Below, in pieces: positions 20,961-31,234 of a stretch of 64,000 nucleotides of DNA. How positions within the stretch are numbered: position 1 is the first letter of the stretch; each line of letters begins with the position of its first letter. Below the pieces are notes generated by a model, which saw only the letters and a program-made list of their open reading frames with translations, was not told where the DNA came from and searched no databases. This DNA is from a virus. A program made the position numbers and the translations under genes. The stretch covers positions 1-64,000 of the IMG/VR virus record IMGVR_UViG_3300045993_000562, one strand, 5' to 3'.

Positions 20961-22237
20961 GCTATTACCTCCTTTTTCTTAAAATGTAACAGGATAGAGG
21001 AATGGATACCGTCTACGCTGTCACCAATTCCACGTAGGTCATCTGGGAGGATGCCATGCTGAGTCAGTACCTCACTAAACTTACTAGTACCGAGTTCCCA
21101 CTTATGGTCGCTGTGACGAGAGCCTTCTTCTGAGATGTCATAGTTGACGTTGAAGTCCTTATTAGGAACGGTGATTACAATCTGGTTGTAGTCGGTTTTC
21201 AACAGGGCTCGAAGTAACGACATGGCTTGATCCAATTCCATGTGCTCAATCACTTCAGTGAGTAAGATATCCGCCCCTTCTAGCATATAAGCAGCCGTAT
21301 CAACATATCCTGCATTGATCTCCTCACAGGTAACTACAACGTTTTCCAGCCCCCAACCTTTAGCTTTTCCAGTGCTGTCTTCTGCCACCACTGGATCAGC
21401 ATCAAATGCATCTACCATGCCATACTTTTTAGCTAGGCGTTTGGAGAAGAACAACTCTCCACATCCAACGTCTACTAAACGCTCTCCACCTTTTAGTATC
21501 TCGGCCACTGCATCAAAGCGGTGTCTGCGAGTGTCACCATAATTCATCACAGTGCCGGCTAGTTGCATACTTTCACGATACGTGTTGAACGTATGCTTAT
21601 CCGAGAACACGGTGCGGTTGAACAGGTAACGGATGAAGTACGGTGCATTGACACGGTTCAGCGCACGAATGTAGAACTCGATTGCAGAAGCGTTCATGTC
21701 AATGTAACACTCTTTATCGTACATAGCCTGAATGAGACAGAATACAACCATCACGTTCAGAATAGTCTGTACCGAGTTACCCTCGATATGTATGGTGTAC
21801 ATTTGTCCGGATAGAATCCCCATCTCGATTTTAGCCATGTTCACGAAGTGACGAGCACAAGCTGAAGCAATCTTAGGGTTTGAAACCTTGATTACTGTCT
21901 CAACGTAGCTAGTGAATTCCGGTGTATCAAACTCACTCTCTTTCTTGAGAGCTGAGGCTAATGCAGTAGTCACCATGCCTATTGGGAGATATGGGCTGCT
22001 GTACCTGGTTTTATCAAGGTATTCCCATTCGCTAAAACTTACAAAAGAGACTTCAGTGTCTGAATCCTTAAATAGGAGTTTGAACTCTGAATCATCTGCT
22101 TTATTAAACCAACCATATAGTTTTCCTTTACGAAGATCTCTTGTAAAAGGCTCCAGCGAGGTGCGGATGGTTGCTGGATTTTTGGACAAAATAAAAGACA
22201 ACTTGGGGTTATTAGACCCTACTTTCAATATAGACAT
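20957..22237 (-). CDS. hen1: Hen1-like RNA 2'-O-methyltransferase
   Basis: N-terminal LSFILSKNP ligase-activating domain; DVGCGE, EVIEH, TVPN.DFN and RHSDHKWE motifs; overlaps the pnkp start. Confidence 0.88.
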   Translation of the reverse strand: MSILKVGSNNPKLSFILSKNPATIRTSLEPFTRDLRKGKLYGWFNKADDSEFKLLFKDSDTEVSFVSFSEWEYLDKTRYSSPYLPIGMVTTALASALKKESEFDTPEFTSYVETVIKVSNPKIASACARHFVNMAKIEMGILSGQMYTIHIEGNSVQTILNVMVVFCLIQAMYDKECYIDMNASAIEFYIRALNRVNAPYFIRYLFNRTVFSDKHTFNTYRESMQLAGTVMNYGDTRRHRFDAVAEILKGGERLVDVGCGELFFSKRLAKKYGMVDAFDADPVVAEDSTGKAKGWGLENVVVTCEEINAGYVDTAAYMLEGADILLTEVIEHMELDQAMSLLRALLKTDYNQIVITVPNKDFNVNYDISEEGSRHSDHKWELGTSKFSEVLTQHGILPDDLRGIGDSVDGIHSSILLHFKKKEVIA

Positions 22238-22256
22238 TGAAGTCTCCCTACGTTCG

Positions 22257-22736
22257 TTAAACTACTATGGTCACTTTGTGTTTCGCAGCTAACATCCTCA
22301 TTGTGGCAAGGTCGGCCTCCCTATCTTTAGCAACTTTCTTAACCTTAGCTTTTGCTGCAGCTATTCTGCGTTTCTCAGCAGTCTGCTCCTTCCTCTCCTT
22401 TTGAACCATGCGAGTTCTGTATTCATCATCAGACTCTAAAGTAAACACTTGAATGTTTGCGAAACCCTCGTATTCATAGAACTCCTCTACCACGTATTTC
22501 ACTGAGGTGGGGTTAGGGTACTCTGACGTACTAATATCACTAGTCAACTGATTCCACACGTCAGCTACGATAGCCCGAATCATATCTACGTAGGATTCAA
22601 TTAACTCCCCGATAGGGTTATCGTTAGTGTCTAAATACAGATTAGGAGACTCTCCTATCTGTAGTACCGGTTCTGGAACACTAAAGTTAATAGTCTCCAT
22701 ACCTCTAAGTACGTATCTTCTGTCATCCATCATCAT
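22257..22736 (-). CDS. Hypothetical protein
   Basis: ORF downstream of a phage promoter motif. Confidence 0.55.
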   Translation of the reverse strand: MMMDDRRYVLRGMETINFSVPEPVLQIGESPNLYLDTNDNPIGELIESYVDMIRAIVADVWNQLTSDISTSEYPNPTSVKYVVEEFYEYEGFANIQVFTLESDDEYRTRMVQKERKEQTAEKRRIAAAKAKVKKVAKDREADLATMRMLAAKHKVTIVV

Positions 22737-22955
22737 TCTCCTAAGTTAATAAAAGGTCCTACTATTTCTTATACCAATAATCAGACCTCACATTGACGGA
22801 TGATAACATCCACTATCTTCTCTATTTCTAACATACGAACTCTATCTAAAGAGGCCGGGTTCTCCTCACTGGACAGACCTGCTCTACTCAACTCGTCACA
22901 GAACTCTACATTGTTAGATAGGCCTTCATATTCTAAAAACAGGCTACGCAATTCT

Positions 22956-23612
22956 TCAAACGGTTTCGAGGCCATCAATAATCTCCTGAATCTCTAGGTT
23001 ACATTGTTCGATTAACTCCTCTGCTGAGGCCGAAGTGTCTTCATCTAATCCTCTTTCAATAAGGTCCGAGATAGACCTTTGCAAGGAAGAGAGTTTGTTT
23101 GTACACGATTTGAGCGTAGGTAACAATGCTGACATGGAAGCATTGTCTACTAATCGTAGTATATCCCCCTCTAGCTCCTCTATCAAACCCTTCTCTATTA
23201 CAACTATCTCAGAGTTTGGCCGTATATTGGCTGTACGCCTAGTGCTACTTATCATCTCTATCCTTATAGAGAGACCCTCCCTACCTCTGAAGGTTTGGGT
23301 AGTGGGCACCCCACCAGGGGCCAGATACCTCATATCGGACATCCTGCCATCATCCCTATAGTCAAGGTTAAACACTTGCCCACTGAGACATGCGGGCCCC
23401 TCGAAGAACTTATCAGTAATGCTCTTAATAGAACACTCTAGGGTATTACTCTTCGTAGTAAAAGGCTTCTGTTCTTTATTTACGTAAGGCTGATTGAAAC
23501 TCTGCTGCATCAGCGCCCTGTTGTATAAATCCCTAGTCATTGCCCCTTCAAAAGGCGAGTTTGGAACCGCCTGGGCTCCAATCCCCCTACTAGTGGTTGC
23601 GGTTATAGCCAT
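22956..23612 (-). CDS. Hypothetical protein
   Basis: 218-aa ORF with GGAG RBS. Confidence 0.6.
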   Translation of the reverse strand: MAITATTSRGIGAQAVPNSPFEGAMTRDLYNRALMQQSFNQPYVNKEQKPFTTKSNTLECSIKSITDKFFEGPACLSGQVFNLDYRDDGRMSDMRYLAPGGVPTTQTFRGREGLSIRIEMISSTRRTANIRPNSEIVVIEKGLIEELEGDILRLVDNASMSALLPTLKSCTNKLSSLQRSISDLIERGLDEDTSASAEELIEQCNLEIQEIIDGLETV

Positions 23613-23655
23613 CGTTTCTCCGATCTATTAAAGGAAAAGCCGGTTATTAGCCGGC

Positions 23656-25251
23656 TTATTGTTTTGTTAAGATGATTGCTTCAATCTCTGCTTGGGTTAC
23701 ACCTCTATGTACTACTTCGGCGTTACCCCAAGAGGTTCCTATCTCAGCTTCAACTCCGATTGGAATATCTAACCATGGGAAAAACTCCATAGGCCAATCG
23801 TTCATGTATTTGAATCCAGCCTCTACTGCTGCTGCTGCATTGTGGAGAGGAACCTCCCATTCACAGCTGTCGAAAACAGTGCATATTGCCTTACCTCCTA
23901 ATGGCTTCATTCCACTGTTATTCAATTCAGCGAATGCCACCAAACCTAGCGTGGATGTGGGACTTTGAATGTATGCGTTTTGGGAATTTCTCAAGGCTGC
24001 GTTATAGGCTGCAGTCTTTCGAAAGCAATCTAGAGTCCCATACTCTTGCCTCCTTTGACCGAATGGTGTAACTATTCTCTGATTAAGTTTAGCCTGCATA
24101 TGTACAGTCTCAATAAAGGTCTTTACCTTTGGAAACTTATCAAAGTATAGGTTTATCAGCCCCTTAGCCTCATCCTCTGAAATGTTCAGGCCTACTGCAA
24201 TACCTTTGGCACTAGATCCATAGACTATACCGAATCCAACAGCCTTAGCACCCTGCCTTAGTTGTTTATACCTAGAGTTTTCCTTGGCCGTCTTATCTTT
24301 TAGTACAGCCTTAAACTCATCATATGGCACACCCAACATTGATGAGGCCGTAAAGGTATGGAAGTCGAAACCTTTAAAACAGGCCTCTTTCATGGCATCA
24401 TCTCCAGATAAACATGCTAGAATTTTCATTTCAGCACTGGAGAAATCGAACAATATCATTACGTTACCTGGCTCTACATCGTAACAATCACGGATGTTGT
24501 ACCCGTGTTTAGGTCTAGGTATCTGAGTAAGGTTGGGTTCCCCACCAGTTATCCTAAAAGAACTGGTACCATGTAAGAAGTAGCCGGGGTGCAGTCTAGA
24601 ATCATGTTTTACGAAGTCGTCAATGTAGTTCGTAATGAACATGTTTTTTGAGGAGTTGATATCTTTTAACTTCGCTAGCCATGCTAGATATTGATGATCT
24701 GGGTTCTTGGGTATGTAATTACCAGGCTCTTTAGGGTCTATGCCTGCTAGAAGTAGGAGGGCGTCCCCATCGGTACTAGGTTCACCGGAGGTTGTTGTAT
24801 ATGGGGCTATAAAGTTCTTCTCGCCGTATAAGAACTTCTGCATTTCTATCCCAGAAGAGTAGTTTATCTCTCTACCTATCATTTTGAAAACCCCATCCTC
24901 TAGTATGGCAATTTCTTCAGCCATACTAGTATTGATTCTACGGTTCTCAGCCTTGTTGTAGTGTAATCCATTGATCTCTAAATCTAAAATGTAATCCAGA
25001 GTTTTCAACGTCACATCTTCATTAACATCAATAAGGGCTGGCATGTTGACCTTGTTAAAGGTATCCCCACTTACACTCTCAATGAACTCAGGCCTCTCTA
25101 TCAACCTAGGAAACACTTTAGAAAGCAACCTGCTGGTCGCTATACAATCTAGCCCAGCATAGAGGTTCAGCTTATCGTATTCGAAATCCTCATACGTCCT
25201 ATAGACTGGTTTGGTTTCAGCTTTCGCTTCCCCCGTTTGAATCACTGCCAT
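23656..25251 (-). CDS. polA: Family A DNA polymerase, ExoIII plus polymerase domain
   Basis: YAGLD (ExoIII), PNLTQIP, DFSSAE, RQGAKAVGFGIVYG, TVFDS; own AAGGAG RBS before ATG at 25251. Confidence 0.9.
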   Translation of the reverse strand: MAVIQTGEAKAETKPVYRTYEDFEYDKLNLYAGLDCIATSRLLSKVFPRLIERPEFIESVSGDTFNKVNMPALIDVNEDVTLKTLDYILDLEINGLHYNKAENRRINTSMAEEIAILEDGVFKMIGREINYSSGIEMQKFLYGEKNFIAPYTTTSGEPSTDGDALLLLAGIDPKEPGNYIPKNPDHQYLAWLAKLKDINSSKNMFITNYIDDFVKHDSRLHPGYFLHGTSSFRITGGEPNLTQIPRPKHGYNIRDCYDVEPGNVMILFDFSSAEMKILACLSGDDAMKEACFKGFDFHTFTASSMLGVPYDEFKAVLKDKTAKENSRYKQLRQGAKAVGFGIVYGSSAKGIAVGLNISEDEAKGLINLYFDKFPKVKTFIETVHMQAKLNQRIVTPFGQRRQEYGTLDCFRKTAAYNAALRNSQNAYIQSPTSTLGLVAFAELNNSGMKPLGGKAICTVFDSCEWEVPLHNAAAAVEAGFKYMNDWPMEFFPWLDIPIGVEAEIGTSWGNAEVVHRGVTQAEIEAIILTKQ

Positions 25252-26557
25252 CTTCACTTTCTCCTTCTTCGTTTTCATCCTCACCCTCAGTTGTTCCAGG
25301 GGCAGTACTTCTACCTTTGGTCAACTTTGGTAATAGATTTTCATATCCGCCAATACTTAGTTCGGGGGCGAAATCCCAAATTGCAGTTTTAAGAGAGAAC
25401 GTCCCTTGGGCACCGCTATCCAAATCATGCAAAAGAAGCATGGTATCGAACTTTACCCCTTGTAGTCTTATACCCGTAGTATGGAAAATCATTAAAATAT
25501 CAAACTTGATATTATGACCAACCTTATACATAAGAGGATCTAAAAGAACTGGTGCCAATAAAGCCCAAGCTTCATCAGGGTCATAGTAGGTGTTACCACT
25601 ATGCCATAATGGAATTACCACTGCTTTATAGATAGGCTCACCATTCTTGTCGCAGCTAGTACCGTCCCTCCAACCGAATTGAATAGTCAGAAGCTTAGCG
25701 TCTATAGCCATAGGATCCAAACCATTCGTCTCCGTGTCAATCGAGGTTATAGATCCAGTACCGCTGAAACTGGCCAACTTCGCAACAGCTTCACGAACGT
25801 CTTCAATGCTTTGACATATTGAGATATTCCGAACCTGAGCCTGTACGCCTTCCTCCAACGTCAGTAACTTCAAATCGCCACGTGCAAGCCTGGCTGCCTT
25901 CTCGAAGTCTCTACGAATTACCTCGAAGTAGTCATAGCTCCACATAGCCCCAGATGCGTTCTGACGAATCATTGTCAGTGCTTTAGGATGTAGTGTGATA
26001 ACTACTTGACTACCCAATGCATTAGTAATCTCTCCTCGGTTACCGGTATTAGAATGCTTCAACAATCCTAAGGCCTTAGTTACAGCCGTAGTTAGGCTGA
26101 TGATCACTTTAGGTTTAGTGCGTTCAATCTCACCTAAAAGATAAGGCCTACACTTCATCAACGTTCTCTGTGATGGAGACTTTCCTTTAGGGAAGTTCTT
26201 TAAGTCATTAGGACACTTAAGCAAACTTACTACTTGATACGTTAATTGTCCAAACCCAGCCTTATCGGCTAACGTCTGAATGATACCTTTGTTAATTATC
26301 TCTCTTTGATCGTCTCTATAGTCGTACTTACCTCTGAGTTCAGGATGGTCCTGGATTATCAGAATGTCAACCGGCTTATTCAAAAGGGAAACCTTGGAGG
26401 GATTCTTACATGGGAGAATACATACCTTCTCACAGTAAGTCTTAGATAAAGAAGAGAAGTCTTCCTTAGCTAATATTGCAATCTCCACCGATGGCGTCAT
26501 CTTAGGTTTAGCGTACAACTCGTCTAGAGGCAAATCTTTCGTTGTTAATCTTGCCAT
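25217..26557 (-). CDS. Family A polymerase N-terminal subunit: UDG-like plus 3'-5' exonuclease (ExoI/II)
   Basis: KC..CRPYLLGEIERTKPKVIISL..TLHP (UDG family 4-like); DTETNGL, GHNIKFD, DTML; acidic tail. Confidence 0.85.
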   Translation of the reverse strand: MARLTTKDLPLDELYAKPKMTPSVEIAILAKEDFSSLSKTYCEKVCILPCKNPSKVSLLNKPVDILIIQDHPELRGKYDYRDDQREIINKGIIQTLADKAGFGQLTYQVVSLLKCPNDLKNFPKGKSPSQRTLMKCRPYLLGEIERTKPKVIISLTTAVTKALGLLKHSNTGNRGEITNALGSQVVITLHPKALTMIRQNASGAMWSYDYFEVIRRDFEKAARLARGDLKLLTLEEGVQAQVRNISICQSIEDVREAVAKLASFSGTGSITSIDTETNGLDPMAIDAKLLTIQFGWRDGTSCDKNGEPIYKAVVIPLWHSGNTYYDPDEAWALLAPVLLDPLMYKVGHNIKFDILMIFHTTGIRLQGVKFDTMLLLHDLDSGAQGTFSLKTAIWDFAPELSIGGYENLLPKLTKGRSTAPGTTEGEDENEEGESEDGSDSNGGSES

Positions 26558-26773
26558 TATTAGACTCCATTTAATTAAAAAGAGGGTACCCAAATCGCCA
26601 TGACTTGGATACCCCGAGGCTCTCATTGCTCTAGGAGGAGATTTTGAGCCAGTTGCTTTTTCCGGAAATCCAGATCTGCAACATGAAGACATTTGCCGTT
26701 GGGAGAAACAGCATCCTTCTTCACACTATACTTATACCACAAAACCACTACTTTGTTTAACCAAAATAAGGCT

Positions 26774-27309
26774 TCCGCACTTTCTACGCACTTCCTTCCG
26801 CACTTTTTATTTGAGCTTTTTCTTTATAATCAAACACTTAACACTTTCTTCCGCACTTTATTTGAATTCTCCGCACTTTTTATTTATGGTTAAGTATTTG
26901 ATTTGATTAAAGAAAAGACCCTTTTTCCGCACTTCCGCACTTTTTTGGAGAAAAATACATAACAATAGTATTTTATTAAATAATAAAAAATATGGGTTAA
27001 AACCTTGTAAATGCCTATATTTATATATCTGGTTTTTTAAAAAGTAGGTATATATAAGGGATATGTTTAAAACACCCACACCTTTTACTGATTTTCTTGG
27101 GTTTTTAAATAATACTATTGTTATATATTTTTCTCCAAAAAAGTGCGGAAGTGCGGAAAAAGGGTCTTTTCCTGTTTGTATTCAAATACTTAAGTGAAAA
27201 TAAAAAGTGCGGAGAATTCAAATAAAGTGCGGAAGAAAAGGTTAAGTGTTTGATTATAAAGAAAAAGCCTAAATAAAAAGTGCGGAAGGAAGTGCGTAGA
27301 AAGTGCGGA
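26774..27309. repeat. Long imperfect inverted repeat with CCGCAC iterons, putative replication origin
   Basis: ~199-bp arms 26774-26972 and 27111-27309 around a ~138-bp AT-rich spacer; six CCGCAC plus one ACGCAC per arm. Confidence 0.85.
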
Positions 27310-27329
27310 GACGAATCTCCACACCTTTA

Positions 27330-28220
27330 TCACCCATTCACTATTTCATTTTCAAGAGCCAGCATGCTCCTTAAGAACTCCTCACTCAGGTTAGACCTTG
27401 TTAAAGGGTTGTTCTCCCTATTATTGCGCAAGGCCGGATACATATTAATGTTTATATCAGTGGAGTTCTCTACTACCATGAGCAAGAAGGTCTTTGAGCT
27501 GAATACTTCAGTGGAATCTACTCTACTGTTATTCACTACTACTCGAGTATGCGGGTCTATAACTCTTACAGTCTCACTAACTAACACTTGGATATTCACT
27601 GCCGCTACCGTCTTATGCTTATTGAATATCCCTGCTGTACTCCTATGCACATCAAACCTTAGAGTTGAAGCAATGTTAGAACCATCAATCCTAGCGGCCT
27701 TCTTACGGTTAGCCTCCTTAATAACTTCCTCTCTACAGATACTCTTAAGCAAGTCATTAAGCTTCTCACTATGATTGAGGGAATCAGCGTCCTTACCTAT
27801 GAACACTCTACGAAGGTTTATGTTATCCTCCCCGTCGTCTTCGAAGATCAATCCTGTAAATTCCTTTTTCACAGCTACCTGTAAAGGTGGTGCGTTTTCA
27901 GGAACTACAGTTTTAACTAGTGTCAACGGTGGGGCTGCTACTTCTACAACCGGAGTCTTCTCAACTTTTACCAGAGGTGGAGGGCCGGCAGGCTCAACTT
28001 TAGTCAGGGGTGGAACATCAGCTTTCGGTACTGGTGTAAGCGGTGGTACAGAATCCCCTTTAGAATCGTTTTGAGGCACCTTAGACGCGTTAACTTGTGT
28101 CAACCCAGGTGCCACTACCTTAACTAATTCTGGAGCGTTTAAAACAACCTTTTCTACCTTTTGTAAAACCGGCACTGACCCTTGAGTAGAGCCATTACCT
28201 TCTACGAGTATAGTACTCAT
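27330..28220 (-). CDS. Hypothetical protein with PPL repeats
   Basis: Five x-P-P-L-x-x-V repeats in the N-terminal half. Confidence 0.65.
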   Translation of the reverse strand: MSTILVEGNGSTQGSVPVLQKVEKVVLNAPELVKVVAPGLTQVNASKVPQNDSKGDSVPPLTPVPKADVPPLTKVEPAGPPPLVKVEKTPVVEVAAPPLTLVKTVVPENAPPLQVAVKKEFTGLIFEDDGEDNINLRRVFIGKDADSLNHSEKLNDLLKSICREEVIKEANRKKAARIDGSNIASTLRFDVHRSTAGIFNKHKTVAAVNIQVLVSETVRVIDPHTRVVVNNSRVDSTEVFSSKTFLLMVVENSTDININMYPALRNNRENNPLTRSNLSEEFLRSMLALENEIVNG

Positions 28221-28236
28221 AACAACTCCTTTAGTT

Positions 28237-28470
28237 TCAGTGGGTTATAGACGGTCCGGAAGGTTCCACCGGTACGCTGATCATTTCCATGCTAGCTACG
28301 TCCTTATAACAGGAGGTGCAGCGAAGTTTGGCACTACCTACTTCACCAATGATGGCTATGAAGTGAAAGTTGCCACACCCTTCACAACTCATAAGACTTT
28401 CGTCCTTGCCCCACGGTGCTCTTCTCCATTTGAAACCTGGAGCTTTAAAGATATCAAATATGTTCCCCAT
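28237..28470 (-). CDS. Small zinc-ribbon protein
   Basis: CEGC...CTSC. Confidence 0.55.
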   Translation of the reverse strand: MGNIFDIFKAPGFKWRRAPWGKDESLMSCEGCGNFHFIAIIGEVGSAKLRCTSCYKDVASMEMISVPVEPSGPSITH

Positions 28471-28525
28471 GTCTACTCCTGTGTGTGAGAAAAAACGGGG
28501 CTTAGAATACGCCCCGTTGTGTTAC

Positions 28526-29425
28526 TTACTTGGTCAGTTCGGTTATACGAGCCAGGTTCTTACGAATATCCGTAAGACTATTGACCAGCACAACTTTACT
28601 CTTGAGACCGCGGTTATCCAAAGCCTTAGTCATAGCATGGCTGCAGTGCTTCTGCCACACCAGGATGTGCTCCATGTTTTGGACACTGTCCACCGCACGC
28701 TTTGTGTTCTCATTCTTGATGAATCGAACGTACAGTTTGCTACTAAGGGTCTTCTTGATATCGCTAGCCTCACGATCCAACAGTCCCACTATACCCACTG
28801 TATGTATTAATGGATGTGCTGTTACCTGTACAACCTTTCCAGCCTGTGGGAGGTTGGGTAGCTCTGAACTAGCAGCATCCTGATGAATCCCCTCAACGGA
28901 CATGGGGAAGAAATTGATCTTCCTCGGTTGAGTCTGAAGATTCACAACTCGGGATCTCAGCTCAGCTTCAAGCGTCTCAGACGCCTTACGTACTGGTGAT
29001 AGGATGTTCTCTATTTCCGTTTTGATGTACGTTGCTAAGTACTCTTCCAGAGACGGCATCTTACCACTGAGTGAAGCTCTTTCTTCAGCAATCAGAGCCA
29101 TGTCCTTAACCGTCAGGTCTGCTACAGCTGTAACGCTCACTGGAGTAACAGCCAGTGGACCAACTTCTACCGGTGTTGCTGCTGGAGAGGTTTGCACTAC
29201 TTCAACTGGATTAGAATCCATCCAGTCTCTGATAGCGTATACCGCACCTTGTGTCTTACGGCGGTCTGCTGATAGGACATCTTGGCATTGCTTTGTAGCA
29301 GCAGCCCTGCCGTGGTAACCAGAGTCCAAGGCTAGCAGCCTCAGATACTCTGCATGGACCAGTGCTCTTTCTGCCGGGTTCCAAATTACGCATATCTTGC
29401 GCATCGGTGTTTGTACTTGTGTCAT
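28526..29425 (-). CDS. Hypothetical protein
   Basis: 299-aa ORF with AGGAG RBS after a phage promoter motif. Confidence 0.65.
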   Translation of the reverse strand: MTQVQTPMRKICVIWNPAERALVHAEYLRLLALDSGYHGRAAATKQCQDVLSADRRKTQGAVYAIRDWMDSNPVEVVQTSPAATPVEVGPLAVTPVSVTAVADLTVKDMALIAEERASLSGKMPSLEEYLATYIKTEIENILSPVRKASETLEAELRSRVVNLQTQPRKINFFPMSVEGIHQDAASSELPNLPQAGKVVQVTAHPLIHTVGIVGLLDREASDIKKTLSSKLYVRFIKNENTKRAVDSVQNMEHILVWQKHCSHAMTKALDNRGLKSKVVLVNSLTDIRKNLARITELTK

Positions 29426-29520
29426 GATTCACTCCTGTTAGAGTAGTTATGTAAAACGATATTGTTCTACATAATACTTATACCAAGAGGTGACGCCTAA
29501 GTTGAACTAAAAAAGACCTA

Positions 29521-30030
29521 CTAGTAGTAGATCTTTCCTTCCAACTTATCTTTCTCCATCTGATCATACCTAGCTTTGAGCTCGGCGTTCTCATCATAGG
29601 AAAGTCCCAACACTTGCATCATCTTCTTCTTAACTAGCACGTTAGGTATTCTTACCCCCCTCAGCAAGTTAAACCCCATCAGTGATGCTACCTCAGCCAC
29701 GGCACCTGAGCGACAGATACCGGCATGACAGTGAACTACGACGTTCATGTTCTGGGATTTAGCTAAGTCAAGAGCTGCCACTATGGCCAACGCTTGGCTA
29801 TCCGTAATAGTAAACTCCCCGTATACGGGATGGTCAGCATTATCACAATCAAAGAACTGGAACTGACGTACTTCCTTGAACTTATGTGCAGGTTTGGGGA
29901 ATCCATCAGTTGAGAAGAACGACGCATTACCTGGGTCGGTTATCTGAATGAGCATTGCATTATCGCCGCAATCGAAGTGAACTCCTTCTCTTACGGCTTC
30001 TGCACTTACGTTTTGTATGAATGGGGTCAT
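29521..30030 (-). CDS. Tyrosine/dual-specificity phosphatase-like protein
   Basis: VHCHAGICRS P-loop. Confidence 0.85.
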   Translation of the reverse strand: MTPFIQNVSAEAVREGVHFDCGDNAMLIQITDPGNASFFSTDGFPKPAHKFKEVRQFQFFDCDNADHPVYGEFTITDSQALAIVAALDLAKSQNMNVVVHCHAGICRSGAVAEVASLMGFNLLRGVRIPNVLVKKKMMQVLGLSYDENAELKARYDQMEKDKLEGKIYY

Positions 30031-30165
30031 ATTATTTGACCGCGGTTGTGTTTTTGTGTTTCAAGGATTTACGCAGTAACTTGAGCCAAGTAGCTTTCTC
30101 CCCTTCCACATCCTTAGCCACACACTTCCCGTACAGCTTTTTAATCAGTTCCTTCACTTTCATTT

Positions 30166-30906
30166 TTAGACCCCCCAGTAAATTATGCTCCAAGTGCCGT
30201 CTTCAGCTTCTACTAATGCTGAACACGACTCAACCCAATCTCCGTCGTTCATATAGATTACCCCTTCAATAACCTTGATTTCAGGAGTATGGATATGCCC
30301 ACAGATAATACCATCATAGTTGTGATGCTGACAGTATCTGACTAGAGTTTTTTCGAACTCAAATATAAAGCTAACAGCCTTCTTCACATTGTGCTTCAAG
30401 TACTTACTGAGACTCCAGTACCCGAACCCTAGCTTATGCCTGAACCAATTGAACTTACCGTTCACCCATAACAGTACGTCATACGCCTTATCCCCAAGTA
30501 TACCGATCCACGGAGCAAGCCTGGTTATTCCATCGAACATATCACCATGAGTTATTAACAGGAGGTTACCGTCAGTATCTCTGTACTCAGCGTGGTTGAC
30601 TACTTGGATGTTACCAAACATCAGTTGAGAGATGAATGGCCTGAGGAATTCGTCGTGATTACCTGTGACGTAGGTCACCCTTACACCCTTACCGGCCATC
30701 TTCAGAACTTTGCTGATGACTTTAGTGTGAGACTTTTTCCACCGGAGTTTGTTCTGTTGAATCTTCCAGCCGTCAATGATATCCCCGACTAGAAAGAGAT
30801 TGTCACACGTGTGATTCTTTAGGAAGTCCAACAATATATCAGCCTGACAATCGTTGGTACCTAGATGGAGATCCGAAATGCAGATCGTTTTAAAATGAGT
30901 CTTCAT
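30166..30906 (-). CDS. LpxH-like calcineurin metallophosphoesterase
   Basis: SDLHLG, GDIIDGW, GNHD, HGD, CGHIH and NDGDWVES motifs. Confidence 0.85.
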   Translation of the reverse strand: MKTHFKTICISDLHLGTNDCQADILLDFLKNHTCDNLFLVGDIIDGWKIQQNKLRWKKSHTKVISKVLKMAGKGVRVTYVTGNHDEFLRPFISQLMFGNIQVVNHAEYRDTDGNLLLITHGDMFDGITRLAPWIGILGDKAYDVLLWVNGKFNWFRHKLGFGYWSLSKYLKHNVKKAVSFIFEFEKTLVRYCQHHNYDGIICGHIHTPEIKVIEGVIYMNDGDWVESCSALVEAEDGTWSIIYWGV

Positions 30907-30925
30907 CAGACCTCCTATCATTAAG

Positions 30926-31234
30926 TTACTTACACGTGTAAGTGTAAACCACACGCTTGTTGCCACGACCTGTCACACAGGTACGGTTAGCCTTACCATT
31001 ACAGGTCGTGTAAGGGAAGTTGTTAGCCGTAGCCTTGGAATCATTGCGCCACGAGGCACGCTGATCCTTGTTATCCTTGCTACGGGCCCACGCACCGGAC
31101 TTGTGATCCTTGGTTGTTTTGCCTGTACGAGGCTTGATCTTGCTCTCACCAGAGTTAAGCTTTGGTGATTCAAAGTGACGAGCAAAACGGTTGTCTTTAG
31201 CTTGTGCTACCGGTGCTACTACTGCTTTTGCCAT
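30926..31234 (-). CDS. Small basic hypothetical protein
   Basis: K/R-rich ORF with AGGAG RBS. Confidence 0.6.
   Translation of the reverse strand: MAKAVVAPVAQAKDNRFARHFESPKLNSGESKIKPRTGKTTKDHKSGAWARSKDNKDQRASWRNDSKATANNFPYTTCNGKANRTCVTGRGNKRVVYTYTCK

Noticed and set aside
26693-27079. Short ORFs in the AT-rich palindrome
   Set aside because: Low-complexity by-products of the inverted repeat
26774-27309. Possible CRISPR array
   Set aside because: Repeats are only 6-9 nt, irregularly spaced and inverted; no repeat-spacer pattern or cas operon
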